Shown piece after piece: positions 53,186-64,000 of a DNA stretch of 64,000 nucleotides. Both the position numbers and the translations under genes were made by a program. Location of the stretch: the NCBI GenBank assembly GCA_963766715.1, contig CAVYBH010000008.1:828930-892929 (forward strand). The letters run 5' to 3'. Within the stretch, counting starts at the first letter, position 1. Each line of letters begins with the position of its first letter. The notes under the pieces are model-generated. The model was given only the letters and a program-made list of their open reading frames with translations, did no database searches and was not told the DNA's origin. The stretch comes from an uncultured delta proteobacterium (GTDB taxonomy: Bacteria; Myxococcota; Myxococcia; Myxococcales; Anaeromyxobacteraceae).

Positions 53186-55933
53186 TCACGCCTCGGCAGG
53201 CGCGGCGGGCAACTCCACCCGGAACGTCGAGCCCTTGCCGACTTCGCTTTCGACCGTGAGGGTTCCACCGTGGGCCGTGACGATGGCGTTGCAGATGGAG
53301 AGTCCGAGCCCCGTTCCCTGGCCCAGGGGACGAGTGGTGAAGAAGGGCTCGAGATCCGTTCCATGAGGTGGGGGGAGATCCCTTTCCCATCGTCCGAGAC
53401 TTCGAGCCTCACCAGCCCGGGCGCACCTGGAATCAGGCGGATCACGATCTCGCCTCGTCGTCCGTCGGGAATGGCGAGGGCCGCGTTCACGACGAGGTTC
53501 ACGAGCACCTGCTCGATCTGACCTTCCGAGGCCATCGCGTCCGGGACCTCTGCCACCTCGACCCGAACCTGGGCTCGGTCTGCCACGCTGCCCGGGAGCC
53601 ATCCCATGCTCCTCTGAATCGTCTCGGCAATCCTGATCGGGCGCCGTTGCTGGTCGGGGCTTCCGAAGAGGGCGAGGTCCTTCACCATGCTCGCGATGCG
53701 CGCGGCGCCAGACGTGACATCAGCGAGCATCTCGCGGACCTCGGCGGCGCGGCGGACGAGTCGATCAGGGTCGGGGCTACCTCCGTCGCGAAGTATCCTC
53801 TGAAGTTCCTCTACATCCTCGGTCGCGGTCCCCGCGCTCGACATCACCGCCGCGAGCGGGTTGTTGATCTCGTGCGCCATCCCGGCCACCAGGGTTCCCA
53901 TGGCCGCCAGGCGTGACGCCTGTGCCAGCTTCGCCTGGAGCTTCGTCCGCTCGGCCTCCGCCTTCTTCTCGCCGGTGATATCCACGAACGTGACGACTAC
54001 CTGCCGGAGGCACCCTGGGGGTCGGAAGGTCGGGTAGGCGTTGGCGAGGACCCACACACGGTCCTTGGTGGCGGGTCGGTCGATCCCGAGCGTCAGGTTC
54101 ATCTCCGGGCGGTGGGTGGCGACCACCCGGTTGATCGGGTACTCCTGCAAGGGCATCGTCGACCCGTCGGCACGGACGAAGCGCCATGCAGGGTCGATGG
54201 CCACCTTCCCGCGCATCTGCTCGGAGGAGAGCCCCAGCAACTCGCTGGCTGTCGCGTTGGTGAGAATGATGCTCGTGTCCGGCGCATGGACGACGACGCC
54301 GGCGTGCAGGCTCTCGACCAGTGTTCGGTATTGTTCCTCGCTCTCCCGGAGGTCGTTTTCAGCCCGCTTGCGCTGCCCGATGTCCTTCAAGATGGCGACG
54401 AAGTAGTCGATGCTTCCTTCGACCCGGCGGACGCAACTCACGGAGAGCAAGGTCCAAAGCGTGCTTCCGTCCTTGCAGATGAACCTCTTGTCGAGCGAGT
54501 AGCGGTCGATCTCTCCGCGCAGGAGCCTGTCGAACTCGGCGAGATCGGCCGCGACGTCATCGGGATGGGTCAACTCCAGCCACGTGAGCCGCGCCAGTTC
54601 CTCTCGCGAGTAGCCCAGCATCGAACAGACGCGCTCGTTGACCTCCACCCACCCCTTCCCCAAGCTGGTGATGGCAATCCCGACGCCGGGTGACTCGAAG
54701 TAGGCCCGGAGCCGGGCCTCGCGCTCGCTCGCTTCCTGCTCGGCCTTCTTCCTCTGCGTGTTGTCACGGATGAAGCTGACGATCCGACCGTCGGTCGGTC
54801 CGAAGAGCCCAGCGCTGGCCTCTACCTGGACGAGGCTTCCATCCTTGCGACGAAGGCGGGCCTCGAATCGGTCGAAGCCTCGTTCCCTGATCCGCGTTAG
54901 TTGCAGGGCGGTCTGACCGGGGGTGGTGTCCGCCCTCACTGCCGAGACGTGCTTCTGAAGGAGTTCTTCCTGGCTGTAGCCGGTCAAGGCGCAGATGGCC
55001 GGGTTGACGTCCACGATTCGCCCATCGCCGTCCACGACCCAGATGCCTTCCGGTGCCGTGTTCATGACCATCTGGAGGTAGCGACGATGCTCCTCTTCCA
55101 GCTTCTCGGAGGCGCGTCTCGCAGTGATGTCCGTGAAGGCGCCTACGGCGCCGATGGCGGCTCTCCGGCCCCGCTCCGGAGTGGGGTGGCGTTCCCGATG
55201 AGGTGCTTGACCTCTCCATCACCCGTGACGAGGTCGAATTCGTAGTCGAGTACCTCTCGGCCGGTGGCGGCTGCGACCTGAACGGGAAGCTGATTGGGGG
55301 AGATTTCCTCGCCATCCCTCATCGCCGTGAAGGTCCGGGGCGCCTCGCCGGGCGGTGCGCTCTTCGAGACGTTCGCTCCGGGCGGAAGGTTCATCAGTTC
55401 CGCGCCGAAGCGGTTGGTCATCATGTGGCGGGCTTGACGGTCGCGGGTGATGTAGACCGCTGCAGGAACGGCATCGAGCAACGCCTGCAGTTCAGCGGTT
55501 CGGGCCCGTGCCGTCTCCAAGGCCTCGGCCTGGGCCTTCTCCTGCCGTCGGCGCTCGGTGAGATTGCGGAAGAGGACGTAGGCGTACCGGGTAGCCCCTT
55601 CCGCATGGATCACGGTGCTCGTGACCTCGGCCAGGAAGGTGCTGCCGTCCCGCCTCCGGAAGAGCAGCTCCCCCGCGGCGACCCCCGTGCGCTCCCGGTC
55701 CGCGAGACCCTGCTCGAGTTCCGCAGTCGGGACGAACAAGGCCCCCGCGCCCGTCCCGCAGATCTCCTGTCGGTTCGGCAGAGCGCCGTACAGGCCGCCG
55801 GGTTGGCCCGAAGTATCGGGCCGTCCGTCCTGGAGAGGAGAACGCAGTCCGTGGCGTTGGTGAACAGCGCGTCGAAGAGATCCAGCAGGTCTGGGGCCTC
55901 GCGACCAACGACCTTGGAATGTGATGTCGTCAC
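53186..55933 (-). CDS. five-PAS histidine kinase, several frameshifts
   Basis: Joins ORFs 55610..55933, 55143..55991, 52777..55071 and 53186..53602; [30 protein letters not shown]. Confidence 0.85.
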
Positions 55934-56022
55934 CCGAACGCCTCTGGCCGCCGAGTCGGGTCATCCCCATCCCGGACCTGATCGCACGCATGCTACCCCC
56001 TGCACGCGGAGTTCAGGACCTG

Positions 56023-56055
56023 GCGTGGCAACCCTCCTGGGGTGGGTTGCCACGC
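56023..56055. repeat. perfect 12-bp inverted repeat
   Basis: GCGTGGCAACCC-N9-GGGTTGCCACGC. Confidence 0.85.
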
Positions 56056-56129
56056 GCATTCGAGCCTGCCACTGACAGGGACCTTCTGGGCTGGACGAAG
56101 ACCCCCGGCGTGCGAGGGAACAGGACGGG

Positions 56130-56189
56130 TGGATGCACCCCAGGCGAGCCTGCTCCGGGTAGGAGCGGGTAAGGGCGGGAGAATGGCCC
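56130..56189. repeat. 60-bp intergenic repeat, copy 1
   Basis: First 25 bp identical to 61301..61325; ~50/60 overall. Confidence 0.85.
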
Positions 56190-56190
56190 G

Positions 56191-57902
56191 TCACACCTCG
56201 GGAGGCGCCACAGGCAACTCCACCCGGAACGTTGAGCCCTTGCCGGCTTGGCTCTCGACCGTAAGCGTTCCGCCGTTGGCCGTCACGATGGCGTGGCTGA
56301 TCGCGAGGCCGAGTCCCATTCCCTTCCCCACGTCGTTCGTCGTGAAGAATGGCTCGAAGATCCGTTCCAGGATGGCCTGCTCGATTCCGGTGCCCTTGTC
56401 GTGCACTTCTAGGCGAGCCATCCCTGGAGTGCCGGCGCCGATCCGGATGGTGACCGATCCGCGCCTTCCCTCCGGCGTTGCCCTCGCGGCGTTGTTGACC
56501 AGGTTCACAACGACCTGCTCGATCTGGCCTGCCGCAGCAATCACCTCCGGGGCTCCGAGGTTCTCTACCGTGACGTCGGCGACTGTCCCGACCGCTGACG
56601 GCAGCCAACGCATGGCGCTGTTTACAACGTCGAGAAGCCGCACCCGCTTCCGCTGCGGGTCGGGGCGCCCGAACATCGCCAGGTCCTTGACGATTTGCGC
56701 GACCCGGCGCCCGCCCTCCTGCGCGTCCTCCAGTGCCTCCACGACCTCGTCGATGACGTGGACCTCGGACTCCACTGTCGAGCGGCGCGCTCTCATGAAG
56801 GCGCTTCTGGACATCGCGGGCGCCTTCTAGGGCGAACTTCTGGCCGGAGAGACTTCCCGTGAGGGGATTGTTGATCTCATGCGCTACGCCGGCGACCAGG
56901 GTCCCCATTGCTGCGAGGCGCGAGGCCACCGCGAGTTGGGCCTGGAGGGCCAGTCGCTCGGTGATCACCTCGGAGAACATCACGAGCCCACCCACCTCGC
57001 CGCCGGATTCAAGCCAGGGATGGACCTCCCAGCGAACCCAATCGACGGAGCCGTCGGATTGTGGGAACGGTATCCTGTTCACACTTCTCGGACGCGCCGG
57101 CTATGCACCTTCGGTGGATCTTCTTCCACCGCTCCGGGATCTCGGGGAAAACCTCGTAATGACTTCTGCCGAGGACATCCACCCGGTCGAGCCTGTAGTC
57201 GGTGAGCCACCTCCGGCTGACCGCCAGGTAGCGCATGTCCCGGTCAACCATGGCGATGGCTGCCGGCGTGCGCTCGATGAAGAGCGAGAGAGTCCTCTTG
57301 CTATCGCGAAGCTCCTGTTCGAGCCGTGTGGTACTCGGATACATCGGTGAGCACCACACGCACTCCGGCCCCGGCGCCTCCGGTCGCCTGATGTTGGCAA
57401 GCAAGGTGAGCGTGAAAGGCCGAGCCGTCGCTTCGCTGGAGCACGACCCTGCACGAGTGTCGTTCGCCATCCTGGGCAAGTGTCGAAAGGAAGATGTGCC
57501 ATCGGTCGGCGTCGCTGCGGGCGACGAAGGCCGCGAAGGGACGCCCGACGAGGGTCTTGCGATCCACCCCCACGAGCGCGGCCCCAGTCAGGTTCCCTTC
57601 CTGGATTACCCCGGCGTCGGACAGCGTCATGTATCCGACAGGGGCGAAGTCGTAGAGGTCGGCGAATCGGTCGCGGGCCTGCTCCAAGGCCGCCTGCGTC
57701 TGCCGTAATTCATCGTTCTGCATCTCCAGTTCAACCTGGTGAACTTGGAGTTCGTGTCGGAGCGAGGAGGGCTCGGACGAGGCCGTCCGCGGGGTCGCGA
57801 GTGAGCCGCGCCTCCGCTTCCGCCCGCGACTTCGGGCTCCCGTTGCTCGACTTCTTGGCCAGGGGAACCTCGCGACAACCCGGTGTCCTGGACAATTCTC
57901 AC
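56191..57902 (-). CDS. PAS-PAS histidine kinase, several frameshifts
   Basis: [14 protein letters not shown] coil, [33 protein letters not shown]. Confidence 0.8.
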
Positions 57903-58350
57903 ACTGATTGAGCAGCGGCCGAGGGTCTTCTTGGGGGGCCTACGACGCGGTCGTTCCCCTGGGACGTGACTCCCGGGGGCCCTCTGGTGAAGATCGACCG
58001 CACAGGTCGGACTCGCTTACGCCTGGCGAAGGCAGCAGAGACGTCATCCAGCGCCCAGAATCGACCGTCTTGCGGCAGGCAGCAACGCACCCTGTGGCTG
58101 CCCGATCTCGGGGTCGGGCGTCTCTCCCCCTCCGGAAGGCCCTCGTGGGCGCGGGGGGGAGCCCGAAGCTGGCGCTGATGGCGAAGATGCAGTTGGGGAC
58201 GGCCAGGACGGCCGCTTCCCCTTTAGCCCGACTTCACACCCCGCAGGAACGGCAGGTAACTCCAACTTCGAGTCGAGCAGGAGATCGGGTCCCCGCGTTC
58301 TAGGAGGTAGTCCGCCTGGTTCGCCCGATGGCCCTTGGTGGCTCGGCCTC

Positions 58351-59676
58351 CTACGGGCCTGGGCGCTTGCGCCCGTTGATGGCCAGGGCCGCCGCGACGC
58401 CCATCACGACCCGGCCATCCGAATCCGTGACCGGCCCTGCACGGATCTTCACGACCTGGCCGGCGATGGTGGTCTCGACCTCGGCCATCTTGCCGGCGAG
58501 CGCCGCGCGCAAGGCGACGGTGATCCGCTCCCGATGCTCCGGAGGATACTGCTCGAATACCAAACCGCCAGCGAGCGTCTGCCTTTCCAGTGCTGGTCCG
58601 ACCTCGCCGCTCCCCTCGACGAGGACATATCGGAGATCGTGGTCGAACAGTCCGATTGCCCCTCCTGGAAAGTTGCGAAACATCGCTCCCAGCATGGCCT
58701 CGCGGACCTCCAGGCGCCTGTACGACTCCTGGAGCCGCTTGAGCTCGGTGACATCGGACACGGTTCCCTTGATCCGGACGGCTCTCCCACGTCCGTCCGC
58801 GGTCGCGACCCGCCCCGTTGCGCGGACCCACTTCCAGGTCGTGCTGGGGTGACGCCAGCGGATTTCCACCTCGAAGGCTTGTCGTCGACCGTCCAGGGCG
58901 TCCGACACCGTCGCCTCCGCCAGTGGCAGGTCCTCGGGATGGATTCTCGACTTCCATGCGGCCCGATCTGGTTGCCGGGTTTCGGCTCCTTCGTCGGGGA
59001 GCCCCAGCATCTTCCTCATCTGCCTGCTGATAACGGTCTGATTGCCTTCGACGCACCAGTCCCAGTACCCGTCCTGGAACTCGTCCAGTACCTCGCTGAG
59101 CCGATCCTCCTTTTCCCGGAGTGCTTGCTCGGCGCGCACCTGCTCACCGATGTCCGTGACGACGACACGCACGACGGGCTTGCCATCCCGGGTTCCCTGG
59201 CCCTCGCAGGCGAGGCGGGCGTGCAAGGTCGACCCGTCGTTCCGATGCAACGTCAGCCTGAACGATAGCCACTCCCCTCGCCGGAGGAGGGTCGGGAAGA
59301 TCAGGCTCCATCGGTCTCGCTCCTCCCGGCCGAGGAACGTGACGAACAGACGACCGAAGAGCCGGGTGCGCTCCACGCCGAGGAGCGATGCGCCATTCAG
59401 GTTCGCGTCCTGGATGAGACCCGTGTCGGAGAGGATCAGGTAGCCCACGGGAGCGAAGTGGAACGCCTCGCTGTAGAGATCTCGGGCCTCCTCCAGGGCA
59501 ACCTGGGCCCGGCGAAGCTCCTCGTTCTGCATCTCCAGCTCAATCTGGTGCACTTGGAGTTCGTGCAGGACGTTCGAGAGTGGCGGCGCCCGCTGCTCGG
59601 CCGGCGGATTGCGCAATCGCCTTGCCGCCTCGTCGCGAAGTAGCTGGCGGGCTTCCCGACTGGAGCTGTTCGGCAT
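58351..59676 (-). CDS. PAS-only sensor protein (three PAS, no output domain)
   Basis: LHELQVHQIELEMQNEEL, FAPVGY, DGYWDW..IHPED, NFPGG; no H-box. Confidence 0.85.
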   Translation of the reverse strand: MPNSSSREARQLLRDEAARRLRNPPAEQRAPPLSNVLHELQVHQIELEMQNEELRRAQVALEEARDLYSEAFHFAPVGYLILSDTGLIQDANLNGASLLGVERTRLFGRLFVTFLGREERDRWSLIFPTLLRRGEWLSFRLTLHRNDGSTLHARLACEGQGTRDGKPVVRVVVTDIGEQVRAEQALREKEDRLSEVLDEFQDGYWDWCVEGNQTVISRQMRKMLGLPDEGAETRQPDRAAWKSRIHPEDLPLAEATVSDALDGRRQAFEVEIRWRHPSTTWKWVRATGRVATADGRGRAVRIKGTVSDVTELKRLQESYRRLEVREAMLGAMFRNFPGGAIGLFDHDLRYVLVEGSGEVGPALERQTLAGGLVFEQYPPEHRERITVALRAALAGKMAEVETTIAGQVVKIRAGPVTDSDGRVVMGVAAALAINGRKRPGP

Positions 59677-60080
59677 GTTGTCCCCCGATCCAAAGCCGGA
59701 ACAGGTTCTGCTCGCTCACACTTGTCGTGAGGCGATGACCGAGACTCCAGGAAACGGGGGCGTAAGCGAACGTTGTGGCCTGGATTGGGTCGAACACGCT
59801 GGGTTCCGGCCGGTTCGGCTTTCAGGTGGAGAGGCGTGCCTGGCTGCTCTGGAATCGTGCGGGTCAGGCCCCTCGCTTCCCGCGGGGGTCTTGAGCGACT
59901 GCCCTCAGCGAGATCTCGCCGCCCCCCAGATCGCGTAACTCCCAGTCGCCGACGAGGCGCAGGTCCCGCGGTACTTGGTGTGCTTGTGGAGAAGCATCCC
60001 CGTGCGACCGTGACGCTGCACCCACCGGACGCGACCGAGGGGTCCGGCCTAGACGACGGGCGCGAAGGGCTGCGTCTCGA

Positions 60081-60560
60081 TCAGCGTCCCCGACGTCGCC
60101 TAGCGGGAGGACTCGGGCGCCGCTTCGGGCCAGCGTAGACCTTTGTGATCACGCTCGGTTCGATCGCTGACGCCGGCCTTGGAGCCTGTTCGGCCGACTG
60201 CCGGACGAGCGCCACGATCACGGGATCGGCGAGGTCGGCGGCGCTGCGCACGCGCACGTGGCGGACCTGCTTGCCGCCGCCCGAGAGACGGCTGTGGGGA
60301 TCATCGAGGTGCACGCCGTAACCGAACACAAGCGTGACGTGGTCGTTGAAGGCTGCAAGGTTGACGAAGATCCCGCGCACGCCCCCGGTGTATGAGAACC
60401 CGTCGCACACCGCATTCGTCGCGTCGTAGATCAACTCGGACGCCGGCCCGACCAGCGCCGCGAGCGCGACCCTGCCCTTGATCATCGCTTGCTGCACGTC
60501 CTTCGGATACGGCGCAAGGTACGCATTCATCAGCTCCGCTGGCGCCTTGCCGATGGTCAT
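60081..60560 (-). CDS. DUF1801-like protein
   Basis: HVTLVF.YG..L.DP...L.G.GKQVRHV. Confidence 0.75.
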   Translation of the reverse strand: MTIGKAPAELMNAYLAPYPKDVQQAMIKGRVALAALVGPASELIYDATNAVCDGFSYTGGVRGIFVNLAAFNDHVTLVFGYGVHLDDPHSRLSGGGKQVRHVRVRSAADLADPVIVALVRQSAEQAPRPASAIEPSVITKVYAGPKRRPSPPARRRRGR

Positions 60561-60867
60561 CTGGTGACGTTAATTCGACCAATTCGGCCTGCAAGTCGAT
60601 CAGCACAGTGCCCGCGCCAAGAGGATCGACACCCGAATCGCGCGCCGCATCAAGGGGAAGCCGAGCGGCACTCGAGACCCCCGAGGGCCGAGAATGTGGG
60701 TTACGGCGGCAAGAGGTGAGCCGTTCTCGCTACCTCGTGCTGCAAGGGACCGGGTGGGGTCGCCCACCGTGGCCACTACTCCCACTTGTCCTTGGCCTTT
60801 GCGGCTTCCTTCGTCTGCCACTGCATGCTGGACGGGGAGTCCGCGCCGCCGTGCTTCAAGGCTTGCC

Positions 60868-61036
60868 TGTGATCGGCGCGCCGCCGGAACTCATTGCGCC
60901 GGTGCTAGGACACGTCGACAACCGCATGGTCGAGCGCGTCTACGGCCGCCTCCCCGTGGAGGACCTGAGGCGTCGGCTCGCCCTGGCCATCGGCGAGGAC
61001 TGCGTCACCGGTGCATCTTCGCGTGGGATGGCGTAA
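60868..61036 (+). pseudogene. tyrosine recombinase/integrase C-terminal remnant
   Basis: GAPPELIAPVLGHVDNRMVERVY (LGH...Y box) without the upstream domain; adjacent to the tRNA fragment. Confidence 0.75.
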
Positions 61037-61144
61037 CAGCGGGAAAGTGGTTGTTCGCGCCTCCGCAGGTGCGGCAGGAAGCTCCGCACGGACTGGCCTT
61101 CCGAGGCCAACGCGCCTCTGCCCTCGCCCCTCGCCCCGCCACCG

Positions 61145-61184
61145 ACAAGCACAAGACCCGCCACCCCTTGCGGAGTGGCGGGCC
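61145..61184 (-). terminator. intrinsic terminator-like hairpin downstream of the tRNA fragment
   Basis: GGCCCGCCACTCC-GCAA-GGGGTGGCGGGTC followed by TTGTGCTTGT. Confidence 0.7.
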
Positions 61185-61206
61185 ATCGTTGTTCGAGCGA
61201 GATGAA

Positions 61207-61251
61207 GTGCCTGGACCCGGAATCGAACCAGGGACACGGGGATTTTCAGTC
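61207..61251 (-). mobile_element. att-site scar: 3' half of tRNA-Phe(GAA)
   Basis: GACTGAAAATCCCCGTGTCCCTGGTTCGATTCCGGGTCCAGGCAC: anticodon loop, T-arm and 3' acceptor; no D-arm or 5' acceptor upstream. Confidence 0.85.
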
Positions 61252-61300
61252 ACGCCGCGTGTACCCCCGAGGGTCGGGACCCCTGCCCTTCTCGCGGACT

Positions 61301-61360
61301 TGGATGCACCCCAGGCGAGCCTGCTTCGCCTGGGATGGGGTAATGGCGGGGAAATGGACC
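61301..61360. repeat. 60-bp intergenic repeat, copy 2
   Basis: Matches 56130..56189. Confidence 0.85.
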
Positions 61361-61385
61361 TACGTGATCCCGGACCCCAGCGCCC

Positions 61386-62688
61386 TCACTTGGATGGGCC
61401 GAACAACTCCACGGTGGCGAACGGCTCGGCCGACCAGGGTCGGAACCTGTTCAGCGTGAACTTCGTCGTCTGCCCGGGCTTCACGTCCACGAGGACGTAG
61501 TTGTACTCCTCCTTGGGTGCCTCGCCCTTCCAGTAGAGGTCGGGCGGGTAGCCTGGGGGCACCTTGATGCTCGTGCGGCCCGGGAGGATCGGGTCCTGTT
61601 CCGCGCCACCGCCGCCCAGGAGGAGGTACTTCACCCCGTCCACCTCGTAGAGCTCGGTCGTGTGGACGTGTCCGTTGAAGACCACGATCTCCAGGTCCTT
61701 CGCGTAGGGGGCGATGACCTTGTGCGGGTTCTGGTCGTCCGGGATGGCACCGAGGCCGGAGCGGGCGAAGACGGGGTTGTGGAAGGTGATGAAGACCTTG
61801 CGAGTGCCCGCCGCCTTGGCCTCGTCCATCCACGTCCTCAACTGCTTCATCTGCTCCTCGTAGGTGGGTCGCGTGGCGTCCCACTTCGAGGGGGAGCGGT
61901 AGTCGTACTTGCCGGTCCACAGGTAGATGAAGCGCGCCCCGGCGTAGTCGAACTTGTAGACAAGCTGGTCTGCCGAGACCCCGAACCGCTTCAAGTAGGG
62001 GACGGCGCTCAGGACGCCCTCGATCTTTGGGTCCCCCCAGACCTCGTGGTTGCCGAGGGACGAGAACCAGCGCCCTTCCAGTCCCGCAGCCCTCATCGAG
62101 GGGCTGGGGGCAGGCAACTGGCTCAACATGACCTCGTTCACCCGCTTCCAGTAGGGGCTGTCGAACACGGTGCGCCCCTGGTTTCCCCACCAGACGAGGT
62201 CCCCGCTGCTGACCACGAAGTCGGCCCGGCCGCTCTTGACGGCCCTCACAACTTCCCTGGAAACCCACTCACCGCCCAGGAGCGTGAAGACCTGTCGCCG
62301 CACCCCGGGGAGGAGCTTCACGTCCTCCACCGATGCACTCGTGGCCCAGCCCTTGTCCATCGTCACCGTCATGACCTCGCTGCTGGTCATGAACGGCATG
62401 ACCAACTGCACCAGTTCACCCGTGGCCGGGTCGTAGGTGAGCTTCACGGTCTTCCGGACTACCTCTTCCGCCATCTTCTCGGGCATCACCAAGCCGAACA
62501 TCTCTGCCATCAGCTCGGGTCGCCTCGGCCTGCTGCTCCACCTTCCCCGGGAGGTACATCATCGTTCGCGAGTCGCCGTAGACGGCGAACGAGAACCCGG
62601 CGTCCGGGGCGCTTGCCCCGGTCGCGGTGGCGCAACCGGCGCAGAGCGCCAAGAAAACCCCAGCGGAGGCCACGGTGTGGAAGCGCAT
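61386..62688 (-). CDS. calcineurin-like metallophosphoesterase lipoprotein (frameshift near 62515)
   Basis: CAGC lipobox; YGDSR, GDLV, LGNHE, FHNP, NGHVH. Confidence 0.88.
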
Positions 62689-62757
62689 GCTTGCTCCGGT
62701 GGCCTTCCGGCCAGTTGATCACGTCGATGATTCCTGGGGCGTTGCCAAGGCTGACCG

Positions 62758-63944
62758 TCACGCCTCTGGAGGCGCAGCAGGCAACTCCACCCGGAAGGTC
62801 GAGCCCTTGCCGACCACGCTCTTCGCGGTGAGCGTTCCTCCGTGGGCCGTCACGATGGCGTGGCACATGTGCAGGCCGAGACCCATCCCCTCCCCCACGT
62901 CTCGCGTGGTGAAGAACGGATCGAAGATCCGGTCCAGGATGGCCGGGTCGATCCCGGTTCCGTTGTCGGTCACGTCGAGACGGGCAGTGCCGTGGTCGCC
63001 ACGGCCGATCTGGAGCGTGATCTCCCCGGACGGCTCGGTGCGCATGCGAGCGCGGCGTTGGTCACCAGATCCACGACCACCTGCTCCAGGTGTCCCGTCG
63101 AGGCAGCGACCTTGGGCCCCTCTCCGGGAGCAACTCGGATGGTCGCCGCCGTCCAGACCGACGCAGGCAGACGCCGCAGGGCCGACTCGACCACCGAGGA
63201 GAGATCCACCGGGGAGCGATGGCGGTCTGGGCGACCGAGAACGGACAGGTCCTTCACGATGCGGGCGATGCGCTTCGCCCCCGCCTGGGCATCCCGGAGC
63301 ATCTCGATCACATCAGCCAGTCGTCGGACCAGGGCCTCTCTGTCTAGCGGGCCGCCTTCCCGGAGGCGCTCCGCGAAGGTCTCTGCCTCCCGCAGAGCCA
63401 TCGCCTGACTCGCCATCTCCCCGGCCAGCGGGTTGTTGATCTCGTGCGCCACGCCAGCGACCAGCGTTCCCATCGCCGCAAGCCGCGCCGTCGTGGCGAG
63501 GCGTGCCTGCATGGCGCTTCGCTCCGCCTCGGCCTTCTTCGCAGCCGTCGTCTCGATCACGGTGACGAGGATGCCCGGCTCCCCTTGGCTGTCGTTCGGG
63601 AGCGGCTGGTAGGTGAAGCTGAAGTACACCTCGTCGAGCCGACCCGATTGCTCTCGCTCGATGTCGAAGCGCATGTCGTTCGCGTGGAACGGCTCGCCGG
63701 TCTCGATGACCCTCCGGAGGAGAGGGGTGACTTGGTGTGCAACATCGGGCCAGCACTCCGCGACTGTGCGGCCGAGGAACTTCCGGCGAGGGGCGATGGC
63801 CTGATAGGCGGGGTTGACCAGTTCGTAGACGAAATCGCGACCTCGCAGGATGGCGAATCCCGCGAGCGAGGTTTCGAGGACCTCCGTCAGCAGGTCCGGT
63901 CGGGCCTCTGCGGGCTCAAGTCGCTTGGCTTGGTATTTGACCAT
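62758..63944 (-). CDS. PAS histidine kinase (frameshift near 63045)
   Basis: PAS VNPAY...[39 protein letters not shown]. Confidence 0.88.
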
Positions 63945-64000
63945 GGGGGGTCGCGATCACCTTCTAGACCGACAACGACCCGAATCCAAGACCCGGTCGC

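Noticed and set aside
61207..61290. Intact tRNA-Phe gene
   Set aside because: No 5' acceptor strand, D-arm or full anticodon stem upstream, and no CCA; reported as an att fragment instead

Overview
High-GC window whose gene content (myxobacterial-type RpoH paralogue, many PAS kinases, hemerythrins) suggests an Anaeromyxobacter/Myxococcota-like genome; the taxon is inferred. Many genes carry single-base frameshifts, probably long-read assembly indels, so several ORF-track fragments are merged here into one gene. Signalling content: about 10 paralogous PAS/Cache histidine kinases or remnants (one hybrid kinase has a C-terminal bacteriohemerythrin), a diguanylate cyclase, a PilZ protein, an orphan receiver and a sigma-32-like factor. 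Metal and metalloid resistance: czcCBA-type RND efflux with a Cys/His-rich RPP-ending leader ORF, and a divergent arsenic cluster (arsR-acr3-arsC / trx-ccdA-arsP-small trx). Metabolism and envelope: aldehyde dehydrogenase + DUF779, an AraC/outer-membrane protein/arylsulfatase module with a duplicated promoter, an Ntn hydrolase, SMR, NAT, DinB, two DUF1801 proteins and a metallophosphoesterase. Also present: an orphan gvpA-gvpC-like pair with a sigma-54 promoter, and a 3'-half tRNA-Phe att scar beside an integrase remnant at ~61 kb. Best leads: the mosaic PAS-kinase family with visible recombination scars, the two-gene gas-vesicle locus, the AraC-sulfatase regulon motif, the kinase-hemerythrin fusion and the tRNA-Phe island junction. 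No CRISPR array, rRNA or intact tRNA was seen.
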